Shown: positions 1 through 8,861, numbered from the stretch's first letter. The stretch is DNA of 64,000 bases from a bacterium (GCA_029548485.1 JAKPNH010000008.1:1563-65562), one strand, 5' to 3'. Notes: generated by a model from the sequence alone, not told the origin. Translations and numbers: made by a program.

Positions 1-207
1 GCATTTGCCGACGCTGACGACAAAAATCCGGCTAAAACCGGAAAGCGGAATTTTCAAATCTTTAACGACCAAATCCCCTTCCCGCAGAAACACGGCTTGC
101 TTGATCGCCTCTTTGGTGTCGATGGCCTGAAGTCCGGCTTCGGCGATCAAAAGCCCGGCCTTTCTCAAATCGTTTTCGGCGAGCTCGTTGAAATTGGATA
201 TTTTCAC
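1..207 (-). CDS. partial hypothetical protein (3' end outside window); possible GTG start at 205-207, 4 nt downstream of the thioredoxin-like gene stop
   Basis: Open minus-strand frame from 207 to the window edge (VKISNFNELAENDLRKAGLL...SVGKC); operon-like spacing; no SD seen; the plus strand is also open here. Confidence 0.25.
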   Translation of the reverse strand, partial: MKISNFNELAENDLRKAGLLIAEAGLQAIDTKEAIKQAVFLREGDLVVKDLKIPLSGFSRIFVVSVGKC

Positions 208-211
208 TGGT

Positions 212-580
212 TTATTGCGGCAAATCGCAGCCGCTCAAGCGGCTAAGCTCTTCTAATGTCTGGACTCCGGAGAGCCGTTCCCCGGAAAAACTCGTCCAAG
301 TCGGCACTTCGTAAATGTCCTTTTCGACGCATTTTCCCGGATCGACGTCGCAAGCGACGTAATTGACGTACCTGAAAGCGTCTTTGAACATCGCTTTCTG
401 ATCGATGCAGTGCGGGCAAGTCGCCGTGCCGTACATTATCCAGCCTTGCGTCGTCAGGCATTTTGCGAAATCGGCGTATTCCAAGTCCGGATCTTTCGGG
501 AAAAAACCCTCGATCAGAATGACCGCGCCGACAACGACGATCAGAATAAAAATTGTCGGCCAGAATTGTTTTTTGTCCAT
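212..580 (-). CDS. membrane-anchored thioredoxin-fold thiol-disulfide oxidoreductase (CPHC active site)
   Basis: N-terminal TM helix plus TCPHC motif; ATG at 578-580 preceded by GGAG (the track's longer TTG start at 598 is less likely). Confidence 0.7.
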   Translation of the reverse strand: MDKKQFWPTIFILIVVVGAVILIEGFFPKDPDLEYADFAKCLTTQGWIMYGTATCPHCIDQKAMFKDAFRYVNYVACDVDPGKCVEKDIYEVPTWTSFSGERLSGVQTLEELSRLSGCDLPQ

Positions 581-582
581 TT

Positions 583-1083
583 TTATTCTCCGCAGCAATC
601 TACCAGCTTATCGACGATCTCTTCGAGCTTCCAGGGCTCGTCTTCTTTGGCGATTTCTTTCAATTCTTCCGCGCCGATCACTTTCAGTCTGATCGCCCAG
701 AACATCGAATAGAGCTTGTAGGCGTAGTCGAAAACCTCTTTGGCTTCCTCGGGCTTTTTGTCGGTTTGGGCTTTGGTGCCGACTTCGATCAAACGCATGG
801 CGGCCGCGAGCAAATGCTTGGCGATGCACCAGGACTCACCCTCTTTCCGGTCGATCATCTTGGCGAGAAGCTTTTTCCGCATTTCCCGGACTTCCTCCAA
901 TAGGTCGAAGTACTCTTTTTTGCCGGTTTTCTCGGCGGTGAAATAAAAATGCTCCTCGAGGCTGATCAAGTTCATAATGGCGATACTCAAATCTTCCTCC
1001 GAAGACAAGTCCAAGCTGCCTCCGGCTTCCAGATCCCGGATTTTTTTCATTATTTCCTCGAAACTCACGGCTTTCTCTTGCAT
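583..1083 (-). CDS. hypothetical protein (acidic, ends in CCGE)
   Basis: 166-aa ORF tightly packed between the CcdA-like and thioredoxin-like genes; no recognisable family. Confidence 0.5.
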   Translation of the reverse strand: MQEKAVSFEEIMKKIRDLEAGGSLDLSSEEDLSIAIMNLISLEEHFYFTAEKTGKKEYFDLLEEVREMRKKLLAKMIDRKEGESWCIAKHLLAAAMRLIEVGTKAQTDKKPEEAKEVFDYAYKLYSMFWAIRLKVIGAEELKEIAKEDEPWKLEEIVDKLVDCCGE

Positions 1084-1110
1084 GAACGTATTTTAGCGTA
1101 TTTCCGCAAA

Positions 1111-1896
1111 TCAGAAAATAAGAAGCAGAATGCCGAGGACCACCAGGGCGGCGGCCGAGAAGAGCTTGAAATTCTTGGTATTCGATTTGCGCCAATCGTC
1201 GATTTTACGGGTCAGATCCCTGTCCGAAGCCATAAAGAGAATAATGAAGAGTGGAACGACGAAAATCAGATTGTAAACCATAAGATATCGGAATCCGGCC
1301 GTGAAAGTCGCTTTGTCGTGAAGCAAGGAAAGGACCACCAAATACGGTCCGCCGGTGCAGGGAAACTCGGTGAGTCCGACGAGGAGCCCGAGGAGCAGGG
1401 CCGCCCACTCCGATCCTTTCTCGATGAGCTTGGCGATCGCGGGCTTGGCGCGCTCGGGGATTCTAAGCTTTACCGGGAAAGACGGAAAAATCTCTCCGAT
1501 GATCTGGATCGATCCGAAAACGATCAAAGCGATCGCGCCGAACCGGGAGATGAAGCGCGGCACCCCGAAAATCTCGAACGCCTTCAATAACCCGAGGCCG
1601 ATCAGAAGATAGGTCGCGAAAATGGCGGCGATGAAAATAACGCCTATCCTCACGATCTTTTTCCTTTCGACGGACTCGAGGCTGAAAAGGAATCCCATGG
1701 TGAGAAGCAGCACGGAAAAAGCGCAAGGGTTCATCGAATCGAGAATGGCAGCCAAACAGATTATTGAGAGAAGCTCGGCCGGAGAACAGTTGACGGCCTC
1801 GGACGGAGAAAAGCCGGAAATCCTGGTTTTCGCGGCTACCGCTCCCAAAACGAGCAAAACCGCGATTCCGATCCAAAGCCAGATTTTTTTGGCCAT
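1111..1896 (-). CDS. ccdA: cytochrome c biogenesis CcdA / DsbD-family transmembrane thiol-disulfide electron transporter
   Basis: Polytopic membrane protein with the two conserved Cys motifs (NPCAF..., EFPCTGGPY) typical of the CcdA/DsbD core. Confidence 0.8.
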   Translation of the reverse strand: MAKKIWLWIGIAVLLVLGAVAAKTRISGFSPSEAVNCSPAELLSIICLAAILDSMNPCAFSVLLLTMGFLFSLESVERKKIVRIGVIFIAAIFATYLLIGLGLLKAFEIFGVPRFISRFGAIALIVFGSIQIIGEIFPSFPVKLRIPERAKPAIAKLIEKGSEWAALLLGLLVGLTEFPCTGGPYLVVLSLLHDKATFTAGFRYLMVYNLIFVVPLFIILFMASDRDLTRKIDDWRKSNTKNFKLFSAAALVVLGILLLIF

Positions 1897-1995
1897 AGAA
1901 TCATTGTAGCTTGATTCGGCGTTTCCGGAAACTTGACCCGAACTTCGGAAAAAGAGAAGATTCTAGAAGATCGTTCGACAGAAAGGAGAATGGCG

Positions 1996-2175
1996 ATGAA
2001 GCGGGTTTTGGAGCTCGCGCAGCGGTTTTGGAACGATCCCCGGCCTTTCCAACTTATTTTTGCCGTCTTCGGGACCGTTGTCGTTTTCAGGCTCGCGGAA
2101 AGGTTCTGGCCGGAAACGCTTTTCGTCATCCTGGTCGCCATCTCCGTCATCGCCTTGGCGAACACGAAAAAATGA
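1996..2175 (+). CDS. small membrane protein (about 60 aa), paralog of the next gene
   Basis: ATG at 1996 with GGAG 7 nt upstream; hydrophobic C-terminus; similar to the 2189 ORF (RxxWxxPxxFQ...V.G.V motif). Confidence 0.45.
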   Translation: MKRVLELAQRFWNDPRPFQLIFAVFGTVVVFRLAERFWPETLFVILVAISVIALANTKK

Positions 2176-2188
2176 AAGGAGAGCGGCA

Positions 2189-2371
2189 ATGCGGAAATTC
2201 CGGAGCGCCCTGCGGTGGATTCGGGAAAATCCCGAGTCGTTCCAGATTGTTATCGACGGCGTCATCATCCTCAGCGTCATCACCTTTGATTTAAACACGC
2301 CTTTGAGGCGGGTTCTCGGCGTAATTCTCCTTGTTTCGGCTTTCGTTTCTTTCAGAAGGCAAGTTCATTGA
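2189..2371 (+). CDS. small membrane protein (60 aa), tandem paralog
   Basis: ATG 2189 with GGAG RBS; same architecture as the preceding ORF. Confidence 0.45.
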   Translation: MRKFRSALRWIRENPESFQIVIDGVIILSVITFDLNTPLRRVLGVILLVSAFVSFRRQVH

Positions 2372-2400
2372 CGGCTCCATTTAGGAGCCGATTTTTTATT
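2372..2400 (+). terminator. rho-independent terminator (cggctcc-loop-ggagccg + T-run)
   Basis: Hairpin 2372-2390 followed by TTTTTTATTT. Confidence 0.5.
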
Positions 2401-2467
2401 TGACGGCCTCCCGGAATTAAGCTTTAAATAGGGTGGATTCGGACAAATCCTAAAGGGGGTCTTTTCA

Positions 2468-3412
2468 ATGAGGGGTTCAAACATCGTTATCATGTCCAAT
2501 AACGTGGGAAAGAGGCTTGCCGCGAGCATCGCCGAAAGGCTTTTCCAAAAAACGCATTCCGTCAAATTGGTCCGCTTCAACGACGGCGAAATCAGAATAG
2601 AGATCGGAGACAACGTACGCGGGGAAGACGTCTATATCGTCGCTCCGACGCCGGCTCCGGCGGACAACATCATGGAAGCCATACTGATTGCGGACGCGGC
2701 CCGAAGATCGTCCGCCGGGAAGATCACCCTGGTTCTCCCCTATGTCGGATACAGCCGGCAGGACCGCAAGGACAAACCCCGCGTGCCGCTTAGCGCCAAG
2801 GTCGTCTACGAAATGATGAGTGTCAGTGCGGATCACGTCCTGGCGTTGGACGTGCACTCGGAACAAACTCTCGGGTTTTTCCCGGACAGGGTCGGAGTCG
2901 ACCATTTGTTCGGATCGTATGTCGGCATCCCCTATATCCGGGACAACATTCCCAGTCCGTTTGTGATTGCCTCGCCGGATGCCGGAGGATCTAAACGGGC
3001 GCGCGGCTACGCCGACCGGCTCGGCCAGCAGAATATCGCAATATTTATCAAGTTCCGTCCGGAACCGGGTAAAATCGGGAAAGTTTCCATCAACGGCAGT
3101 GTTCGCGGAAAGAACGTCGTCTTCGTGGACGACATGATCGACACCGGCGGAACACTTGTGACGAACGCCGAAGCGGCCGTGAAAGCCGGAGCCAAAGACA
3201 TCTACGTCTTTGCGACCCACGCCCTGCTTTCCAAGGAAGCGGTGCCGAACCTCAACAAAAGTCCGATCAGGCGCATCGCGATCACCGATTCCATCGACCA
3301 AAGCGACCGCGACCTGGGAGAAAAATTCGTTGTCCTTTCCGTCGCCGACCTCCTCGCGAACGCGATCCGCCGCCTTCACGACGGCCGATCGATTTCCGAA
3401 CTGATCCTTTGA
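2468..3412 (+). CDS. prs: ribose-phosphate pyrophosphokinase (PRPP synthetase)
   Basis: Full-length match to the Prs family pattern (NDGE, VLPYVGYSRQDRK, VVFVDDMIDTGGTL PRPP loop); GGGGG RBS before ATG. Confidence 0.9.
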   Translation: MRGSNIVIMSNNVGKRLAASIAERLFQKTHSVKLVRFNDGEIRIEIGDNVRGEDVYIVAPTPAPADNIMEAILIADAARRSSAGKITLVLPYVGYSRQDRKDKPRVPLSAKVVYEMMSVSADHVLALDVHSEQTLGFFPDRVGVDHLFGSYVGIPYIRDNIPSPFVIASPDAGGSKRARGYADRLGQQNIAIFIKFRPEPGKIGKVSINGSVRGKNVVFVDDMIDTGGTLVTNAEAAVKAGAKDIYVFATHALLSKEAVPNLNKSPIRRIAITDSIDQSDRDLGEKFVVLSVADLLANAIRRLHDGRSISELIL

Positions 3413-3416
3413 CATT

Positions 3417-3444
3417 AGCAGGCCAACCGGCCTGCTTTTTTATT
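3417..3444 (+). terminator. rho-independent terminator after prs
   Basis: agcaggcc-aaccgg-cctgct stem followed by TTTTTTATT. Confidence 0.55.
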
Positions 3445-3457
3445 GATAAATATGAAG

Positions 3458-3529
3458 TGGACCCAGATGGAATTGGACCATCGGCCTTTCCGATGTGAAC
3501 GGAACGCTCTACCACTGAGCTATGGGTCC
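3458..3529 (-). tRNA. tRNA-Val (anticodon CAC)
   Basis: Cloverleaf folded by hand: acceptor GGACCCA/TGGGTCC, D-arm GCTC..GAGC, anticodon stem TTCCG/CGGAA with loop TTCACAT, T-arm GATGG TTCAATT CCATC; CCA not encoded. Confidence 0.85.
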
Positions 3530-3546
3530 GGAGCTTAATTATCAAG

Positions 3547-3581
3547 ATAACAAAAACCGGCTTTTTTGAACAGCCGGTTTT
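3547..3581 (-). terminator. rho-independent terminator downstream of rplL
   Basis: Minus-strand hairpin aaccggct/agccggtt followed by TTTGTT. Confidence 0.5.
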
Positions 3582-3603
3582 CGAATCAAAGTCTCGCTCG
3601 GAA

Positions 3604-3963
3604 TTACTGCAATTCCGCGGTGGCGCCGACTTCTTCGAATTTCTTTTTGAGTTCGTCGGCTTCTTCTTTTTTCAATCCTTCCTTGACGACTTTCGGAGCG
3701 GCGTCAACCAAGTCTTTGGCTTCTTTAAGGCCAAGGCCGGTCGCCTCTCTCACCACCTTGATGACGTTGATTTTCTGGTCACCCGAAGCTTTAAGAAGAA
3801 CGTTGAAAGACGTTTTCTCTTCGACGGCGGCGCCGGAAGCGGCCGCGGCCGCCGGAGCGCTGGCGGTAACGCCGAATTTTTCCTCGAGAGCCTTTACCAA
3901 TTCCGAAAGCTCCAAGGCGCTAAGTTTCTCGATTTCCGAGATGATGTTTTGGAATTTTTCCAT
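3604..3963 (-). CDS. rplL: 50S ribosomal protein L7/L12
   Basis: Ala-rich hinge plus conserved C-terminal domain ([27 protein letters not shown]). Confidence 0.95.
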   Translation of the reverse strand: MEKFQNIISEIEKLSALELSELVKALEEKFGVTASAPAAAAASGAAVEEKTSFNVLLKASGDQKINVIKVVREATGLGLKEAKDLVDAAPKVVKEGLKKEEADELKKKFEEVGATAELQ

Positions 3964-3973
3964 GTTGGTTTAT

Positions 3974-4453
3974 TTATGCTGTTTGTTTCGACCTCTCTTG
4001 CAACACGTAAAGAAGCGAAGTGAGTGGAGCGGCGATCGTTCCGACAACCTGGCCGAGCAGAATTTCGCGGGGCGGCAGCTTGCCCATGGCAACGATGTCC
4101 GCCGCGGGGATCGTCTGTCCGGATGCGATGTCGAATCCTCCGAGCACCTTGAAGCCTTCGGCTTTGTAGATCGGACCGGAAACGGCAAAAACATCGGTCG
4201 GAGAAAAAACCGTGCCGACCTGGCCTTCGAAAGTTTCCGGATCGATAGCGACATTCGCTCTCAAGAAAATCAATTTGAGCAGCCTTTTTTTGACCACGTC
4301 GAAATGTCCGCCCAATTTCCTCATCTCGCTTCTGAAAGCGTTGAGTTTACCCGTGGGAACGCCGGTGAAATCCAAAAAAACCATTGACTGGCTGGATGCC
4401 ACGTCCTTTGCTCCCTGTCTCAAGATCTCCTGTTTTTCTTTTCTGGTAAGCAT
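3974..4453 (-). CDS. rplJ: 50S ribosomal protein L10
   Basis: L10 family sequence; immediately upstream of rplL. Confidence 0.95.
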   Translation of the reverse strand: MLTRKEKQEILRQGAKDVASSQSMVFLDFTGVPTGKLNAFRSEMRKLGGHFDVVKKRLLKLIFLRANVAIDPETFEGQVGTVFSPTDVFAVSGPIYKAEGFKVLGGFDIASGQTIPAADIVAMGKLPPREILLGQVVGTIAAPLTSLLYVLQERSKQTA

Positions 4454-4610
4454 GTGTATTTTTTATTTTCCCGAAAAGGAAATAAAAAACTGCGCTATAA
4501 ACCCGCAGTCGACCTGAATGTTTGTCCTCGGCAGGTTCCTTTAAAGGAATTAAGGCGAACGCCTGCTTTCTGCGGATATGGCTTATCTTCTCACAGATTC
4601 CCCGCTCTTG
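4454..4610 (-). promoter_or_regulatory. rplJ-rplL leader (possible L10 autoregulatory leader / promoter region)
   Basis: 157-nt non-coding leader upstream of rplJ; inferred by position only. Confidence 0.25.
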
Positions 4611-5315
4611 TCAATTCTTGGATTTCACGAGCGGCACGAAGCTGAAACCGAAATACTCCTTGGTTTCGAACTGGTCCGGCTTTATTTTATCGATGACGAC
4701 GATGCTTTGTCCGACCGGAGCGACGATGCGACCGCCGACAACGAGCTCTTCTTTCCAAGACTCGGGGATTTCCTCGGCCGCGGCGGCGGCGATTATTTTG
4801 TTGAAAGGCGGCTCGTTTTCCATTTTTTTGGAGCCGTCACCGACGACGATCCTCACCCGGCCGGAATCGATGAATCCGTATTTTCCGATATTCTCTTTGG
4901 CTTTTTCCGCCAATTCCTTGATGCGCTCGATCCCGACCACCTGTCCGGTTTCTCCGACCAGTTCGGCCAGGATGGCCGCTTGCCAGCCGCTGCCGCTTCC
5001 CACGTCGAGTACGCGCTCTCCGGGCTTCGGCCGCAAAAGCTCAAGCATGAAAGCGACGACCAAAGGCTGGGAAATGGTCTGCTCAAAGCCGATGGCCAAA
5101 GCCGAATCGAAATAAGCCTCTCCTAGAAGCTCCGGAGGCACGAAATCTTTCCGGTCGATTTTCCGGAAAGCCTCGGCGATGACCGGCGTTTGGATATATC
5201 CGTCGGTTTCGAGATGTTTTATGAGCTCTTCGTAGCTTTCGTTCACAAACCCGGAATTAGCCTCATCCTCATTTTCCGGGCTGTTTTCCTCGAAAATATT
5301 GATTTTTTCAGCCAT
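4611..5315 (-). CDS. pcm: protein-L-isoaspartate O-methyltransferase
   Basis: QTISQPLVVAFMLELL and VLDVGSGSGWQAAILA SAM-binding motif. Confidence 0.9.
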   Translation of the reverse strand: MAEKINIFEENSPENEDEANSGFVNESYEELIKHLETDGYIQTPVIAEAFRKIDRKDFVPPELLGEAYFDSALAIGFEQTISQPLVVAFMLELLRPKPGERVLDVGSGSGWQAAILAELVGETGQVVGIERIKELAEKAKENIGKYGFIDSGRVRIVVGDGSKKMENEPPFNKIIAAAAAEEIPESWKEELVVGGRIVAPVGQSIVVIDKIKPDQFETKEYFGFSFVPLVKSKN

Positions 5316-5380
5316 TTATGGTGTCATTATAATATAAAATGGTCATTCAGGCCATTTTAAGTTCCTAAACAAGAGGAGGA

Positions 5381-5992
5381 TTGGATTTGGAAGAGTCGAA
5401 AGCGTCAGGACAACAACAGGCTTCGGCAGTACCGGCGGTCCGCGTCAAAGTAACGGGGACCCCAACAGCGACGACCCTGCCCAATCAAGGCCCGAAGGAC
5501 GTTCAAGCGATCGTAGAAACGATCAAAGCCAAGGTTTCCGAAGCGGTATATAAAAAACCGCCTAGAATTTGCGTGGCGGTAACGGCAATCGAGGTAAGCC
5601 AGGCCGTTGCCGATCACTTGAGAAACCAGGGGCCGCCCGGTCGCAAGAAAACCGCCGAAGGCCCGGTCGTGGCCCAGTCATTGACGCTTGTCGTCGACGA
5701 CGAGCGCGTCTTCCAGACGAGCAAGCCGCTGAGCTGCGAACGCCATGCGTTTCCGACGGTTGTCGAACGCATGAGCGGAGTCAAGCTGAAAGAGCTGCTC
5801 CGCTCCCGCAGCAGTTTCGTTATCTATAGTCAGATTGAACGCTCCGGCAACGGCTGCCTCAGCTATGACAAAATCAAGGACTCCGGCGACCGCGACAGGC
5901 AGAACGGTTCAAACCGTCGCAACGACCGCGAAGCGGAAACCAGTCGGTTTTCGCAACCGGCCAGGATGACTCTCTTCGTCGGCCGACGCTAA
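5381..5992 (+). CDS. hypothetical protein (TTG start; AGGAGGA RBS)
   Basis: 203-aa ORF preceded by a strong SD; no family recognised; followed by a terminator. Confidence 0.4.
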   Translation: MDLEESKASGQQQASAVPAVRVKVTGTPTATTLPNQGPKDVQAIVETIKAKVSEAVYKKPPRICVAVTAIEVSQAVADHLRNQGPPGRKKTAEGPVVAQSLTLVVDDERVFQTSKPLSCERHAFPTVVERMSGVKLKELLRSRSSFVIYSQIERSGNGCLSYDKIKDSGDRDRQNGSNRRNDREAETSRFSQPARMTLFVGRR

Positions 5993-6008
5993 GAACTCGA
6001 TCAAATCC

Positions 6009-6045
6009 AAAACCCCGTCAGAGATGGCGGGGTTTTGTTGTTTTA
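6009..6045. terminator. bidirectional rho-independent terminator (aaaacccc-loop-ggggtttt)
   Basis: Perfect GC stem with U-runs on both strands between convergent ORF 5381-5992 and rpmG. Confidence 0.6.
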
Positions 6046-6055
6046 TGTCGAAAGA

Positions 6056-6232
6056 TTATTTCTTCACCTCTTTGTGATCGGTGCGCTTCCGGCAGCGGCT
6101 GCAGTATTTTTTTAAACTGATTTTCCTTTCAACCAGTTTTTTGTTCTTGCGGGTGAAATAATTGACTTTGCCGCAAACGCCGCATTTCAATCTTATGAGG
6201 TTTTCGGAAAACTTTGATTTTGCTTTAGCCAT
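6056..6232 (-). CDS. rpmG: 50S ribosomal protein L33
   Basis: Hand translation MAKAKSKFSENLIRLKCGVCGKVNYFTRKNKKLVERKISLKKYCSRCRKRTDHKEVKK (58 aa, C4 zinc-ribbon); below the ORF-track size cut-off. Confidence 0.85.
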   Translation of the reverse strand: MAKAKSKFSENLIRLKCGVCGKVNYFTRKNKKLVERKISLKKYCSRCRKRTDHKEVKK

Positions 6233-6259
6233 GTTTATTTATTGTTTTTCGCTCCTTTG

Positions 6260-6331
6260 AGCCGATGGTGAGAATCGGACTCACGACCTCTTTCTTACCA
6301 AGAAAGCGTTCTACCACTGAACTACATCGGC
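6260..6331 (-). tRNA. tRNA-Thr (anticodon GGT)
   Basis: Hand-folded cloverleaf GCCGATG..CATCGGC, anticodon loop TTGGTAA. Confidence 0.85.
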
Positions 6332-6343
6332 TGTAAAGCCCGG

Positions 6344-6415
6344 AGCCAGCAAAGGGAATCGAACCCCCGACCCACTGTTTACAAAACAGTTGCTCTGCCA
6401 CTGAGCTATGCTGGC
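6344..6415 (-). tRNA. tRNA-Thr (anticodon TGT)
   Basis: Hand-folded cloverleaf GCCAGCA..TGCTGGC, anticodon stem ACTGT/ACAGT with loop TTTGTAA. Confidence 0.85.
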
Positions 6416-6513
6416 ATGATAGCAAAGTCTCTTCAAAACGCAAAGCCTATTTTAATACGGATTCCCGATTTTTTCTTACATTCCGCTAAATAATCGCCGA
6501 AGACGATTATTTG

Positions 6514-6597
6514 TGCTGAGGGAGGGATTCGAACCCCCGTAGCCACAAGGGCGACAGATTTACAGTCTGTTGCGATTGACCGCTCCGCCACCTCAGC
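6514..6597 (-). tRNA. tRNA-Tyr (anticodon GTA), long variable arm
   Basis: Acceptor GCTGAGG/CCTCAGC, anticodon loop CTGTAAA, long variable arm typical of bacterial tRNA-Tyr. Confidence 0.85.
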
Positions 6598-6654
6598 ATT
6601 CGATTGATACGAAACAAGCCTATCAAGGCTTGTTTTATTTAAGCAGATTTCAGG

Positions 6655-6972
6655 CTAAGAAATCAAACCGCTGTCGCCGTTCTTCTTGCCGTTTTCCGAC
6701 TTGAATCCTTTGAGCTTTCCGGTAACCGCGTTGTCGGCTTTCATGATGGCGATCTTCGTTTTTCTCAAGGTTTTCTCCACAAAGCGGTCGAAGGTGTCGT
6801 CGATCTTGTCGAGCGGCAGTTTCTTCATCGTCCGCTCCCACCACAAGCCGTCTTTTTTCTGGCCGGGAGCGACGACCTCGTCGTCGACGCGCGGAATGGC
6901 GCGGCTGAAAATATAAACCGCCGCCCCGAGCGAGAGCATCATGATGATCTGAAGCAAGAAGTTATAGAACAT
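6655..6972 (-). CDS. hypothetical small membrane protein
   Basis: N-terminal TM helix followed by a charged tail; 11-nt overlap with the tsf stop. Confidence 0.45.
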   Translation of the reverse strand: MFYNFLLQIIMMLSLGAAVYIFSRAIPRVDDEVVAPGQKKDGLWWERTMKKLPLDKIDDTFDRFVEKTLRKTKIAIMKADNAVTGKLKGFKSENGKKNGDSGLIS

Positions 6973-7405
6973 AGCGGCAGAATTTCTCCACCTGGATATT
7001 TTCGCCGGTTTTGGCGACGACGCCTTTGATCAAGTTGTCGATGGTGGTGTTCTCGTCGCGGATATAAGGAGCGGCGAGCAGATCCCCTGTCGTTTCCGGC
7101 TCCATGGCCGCGATCTGCATGGCGAGGTTGCGGCCGAGCTCCTGGAAATCTTCAAGGCGCGCCACGAAATCGGTCTCGCACCTAAGCAAGAGCAGAACGC
7201 CGATCCTTTCGTTATGGATATAAGAGAATATCCGGCCGCTTCCGGTCTGGCGTTCGGCTTTTTTCTCGGCCTTGGCCAATCCGCGTTCGGCGATCAAAGC
7301 TTTGGCTTTCTCGAAATCCCCGGCCGCGTCTTCAAGGGCGCGCTTCGTGTCCATGACGCCGGCGCCGGTCTCTTCCCTAAGCCGTTTGACTGTTTCCGCG
7401 TTCAT
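6962..7405 (-). CDS. tsf: elongation factor Ts (short form)
   Basis: N-terminal TVKRLREETGAGVMDTKRALEDA UBA-like motif; downstream of rpsB. Confidence 0.85.
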   Translation of the reverse strand: MNAETVKRLREETGAGVMDTKRALEDAAGDFEKAKALIAERGLAKAEKKAERQTGSGRIFSYIHNERIGVLLLLRCETDFVARLEDFQELGRNLAMQIAAMEPETTGDLLAAPYIRDENTTIDNLIKGVVAKTGENIQVEKFCRYVL

Positions 7406-8144
7406 TGTTGCGTTTGAGGTTAGGTTCCAAATAATTCAAAACCCATTCGACGGCCGTCGAAAGCTTGTCGTTTCCCGGAATGGGATACTCGACCATTGTC
7501 GGATCGGCGTTGGTATTCAAGAAAGCCACCACCGGGATGCCGGCGTTCTTCGCTTCGTCGATGGCGAGCTTGTTTTCCGAAGGGCTCATGACGAGCATCG
7601 CTCCCGGAAGCTCGTTCATGTCTTTGAGTCCGGTGAAAATCGCCGCCATCTTGGCGATTTCTCTCTCGATCATCAATTGTTCCTTTTTGGTGTATTTCGC
7701 TAAATTGCCGGCTTCTTTGTCCGCCAGCAATTTCTTGAAGTACTGGACCCGGCCGTTGACGATCTTGAAATTGGTGAGCGTTCCGCCGATCCACCTCTCG
7801 ATGACGTAAGGATTGTTGGTTTTTTCGGCGCAGTCTTTGACCGCCTGTTTGGCGATGGCCGCCGTTCCGACCAAAAGAACGCTTTTTCCGGAATCGACAA
7901 CGGCTTTCAGAAATTCGGACGCTTTCCGGAGAAGAGCGATGGTCTGCACGAGATCGATCACTTCGACTCCGCTTCTCGTCGAGTGGATATACGGCTTCAT
8001 CTTCGGATGGGTCTTACTTTTGGCCAAGCCGTGTATCAAGCCGGCGTCGATCATCTCCTGTAACGTCAGCAAGTCTTCCGGAGACACTTTGGCCTCCTGC
8101 GTTTCGATTATTTCGTTTTCCTTGGTCTCGGTCTCTGTCGCCAT
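7377..8144 (-). CDS. rpsB: 30S ribosomal protein S2
   Basis: S2 family conserved core (GLIHGLAKSKTHPKM...). Confidence 0.95.
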   Translation of the reverse strand: MATETETKENEIIETQEAKVSPEDLLTLQEMIDAGLIHGLAKSKTHPKMKPYIHSTRSGVEVIDLVQTIALLRKASEFLKAVVDSGKSVLLVGTAAIAKQAVKDCAEKTNNPYVIERWIGGTLTNFKIVNGRVQYFKKLLADKEAGNLAKYTKKEQLMIEREIAKMAAIFTGLKDMNELPGAMLVMSPSENKLAIDEAKNAGIPVVAFLNTNADPTMVEYPIPGNDKLSTAVEWVLNYLEPNLKRNNERGNSQTA

Positions 8145-8177
8145 AAATACTAAACAATAGTAATTAAAAACGGCTTT

Positions 8178-8861
8178 TTAGTCAACTTTTCCGCGGTTTC
8201 CGGAGTGCTTTTTCTCTCCCTCCCTAAGCCGCCAGTCGGCAATCGCCCGGTGGTCTCCTTGGATCAGGACTTTCGGGACTTTCCAGGCTTTTTTCTTCCG
8301 ATCGGGAACAAAAACCTCGGGCCGGGTGTAAACCGGATAAGATCCCTTGATTGCCTCGAGCGATTCGTATTTGCCCAAAACTCCGGGTACGAACCTCGAT
8401 ACCGCCTCGACCAAGACCATGGCCGGAAGTTCCCCGCCGGAGAGGACATAGTCGCCGATCGATATTTCCTCGTCCGCGACATGTTTCGCCACCCGTTCGT
8501 CCACCCCTTCGTAGCGGCCGCAGATCATAACCAGGCGATCGTATTTGGCGAGCCTGCGCGCGCCGGCTTTGTCCAGTTTTTTGGCCGACGGACTGAAAAG
8601 GATCACCCTTGTTTTTTTCCGGGATTTGGCCGAACTCAGGATTTTTTTCACTGCGCGGTAAATCGGACCGACCATAAGGACCATTCCCGGCCCCCCTCCG
8701 TAAGGCCGGTCGTCCACTTTGCCGTGATTGTCTCCGGAAAACGAACGCAAATCCCAGAGTTTGATGCGAATGAGTTTTTTTTCGGCCGCCCTTTTCAAGA
8801 TAGATTCGTTGAAATACGACTCGAAAGCTTTGGGAAAAATGGTGAGAATATCGAATTTCAT
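8178..8861 (-). CDS. trmD: tRNA (guanine37-N1)-methyltransferase
   Basis: TrmD SPOUT family motifs across the full length. Confidence 0.95.
   Translation of the reverse strand: MKFDILTIFPKAFESYFNESILKRAAEKKLIRIKLWDLRSFSGDNHGKVDDRPYGGGPGMVLMVGPIYRAVKKILSSAKSRKKTRVILFSPSAKKLDKAGARRLAKYDRLVMICGRYEGVDERVAKHVADEEISIGDYVLSGGELPAMVLVEAVSRFVPGVLGKYESLEAIKGSYPVYTRPEVFVPDRKKKAWKVPKVLIQGDHRAIADWRLREGEKKHSGNRGKVD

Noticed and set aside
3282-3545. 87-aa ORF overlapping tRNA-Val, and the 72-aa ORF 6225-6443 overlapping the tRNA-Thr genes
   Set aside because: They coincide with well-folded tRNA cloverleaves; spurious
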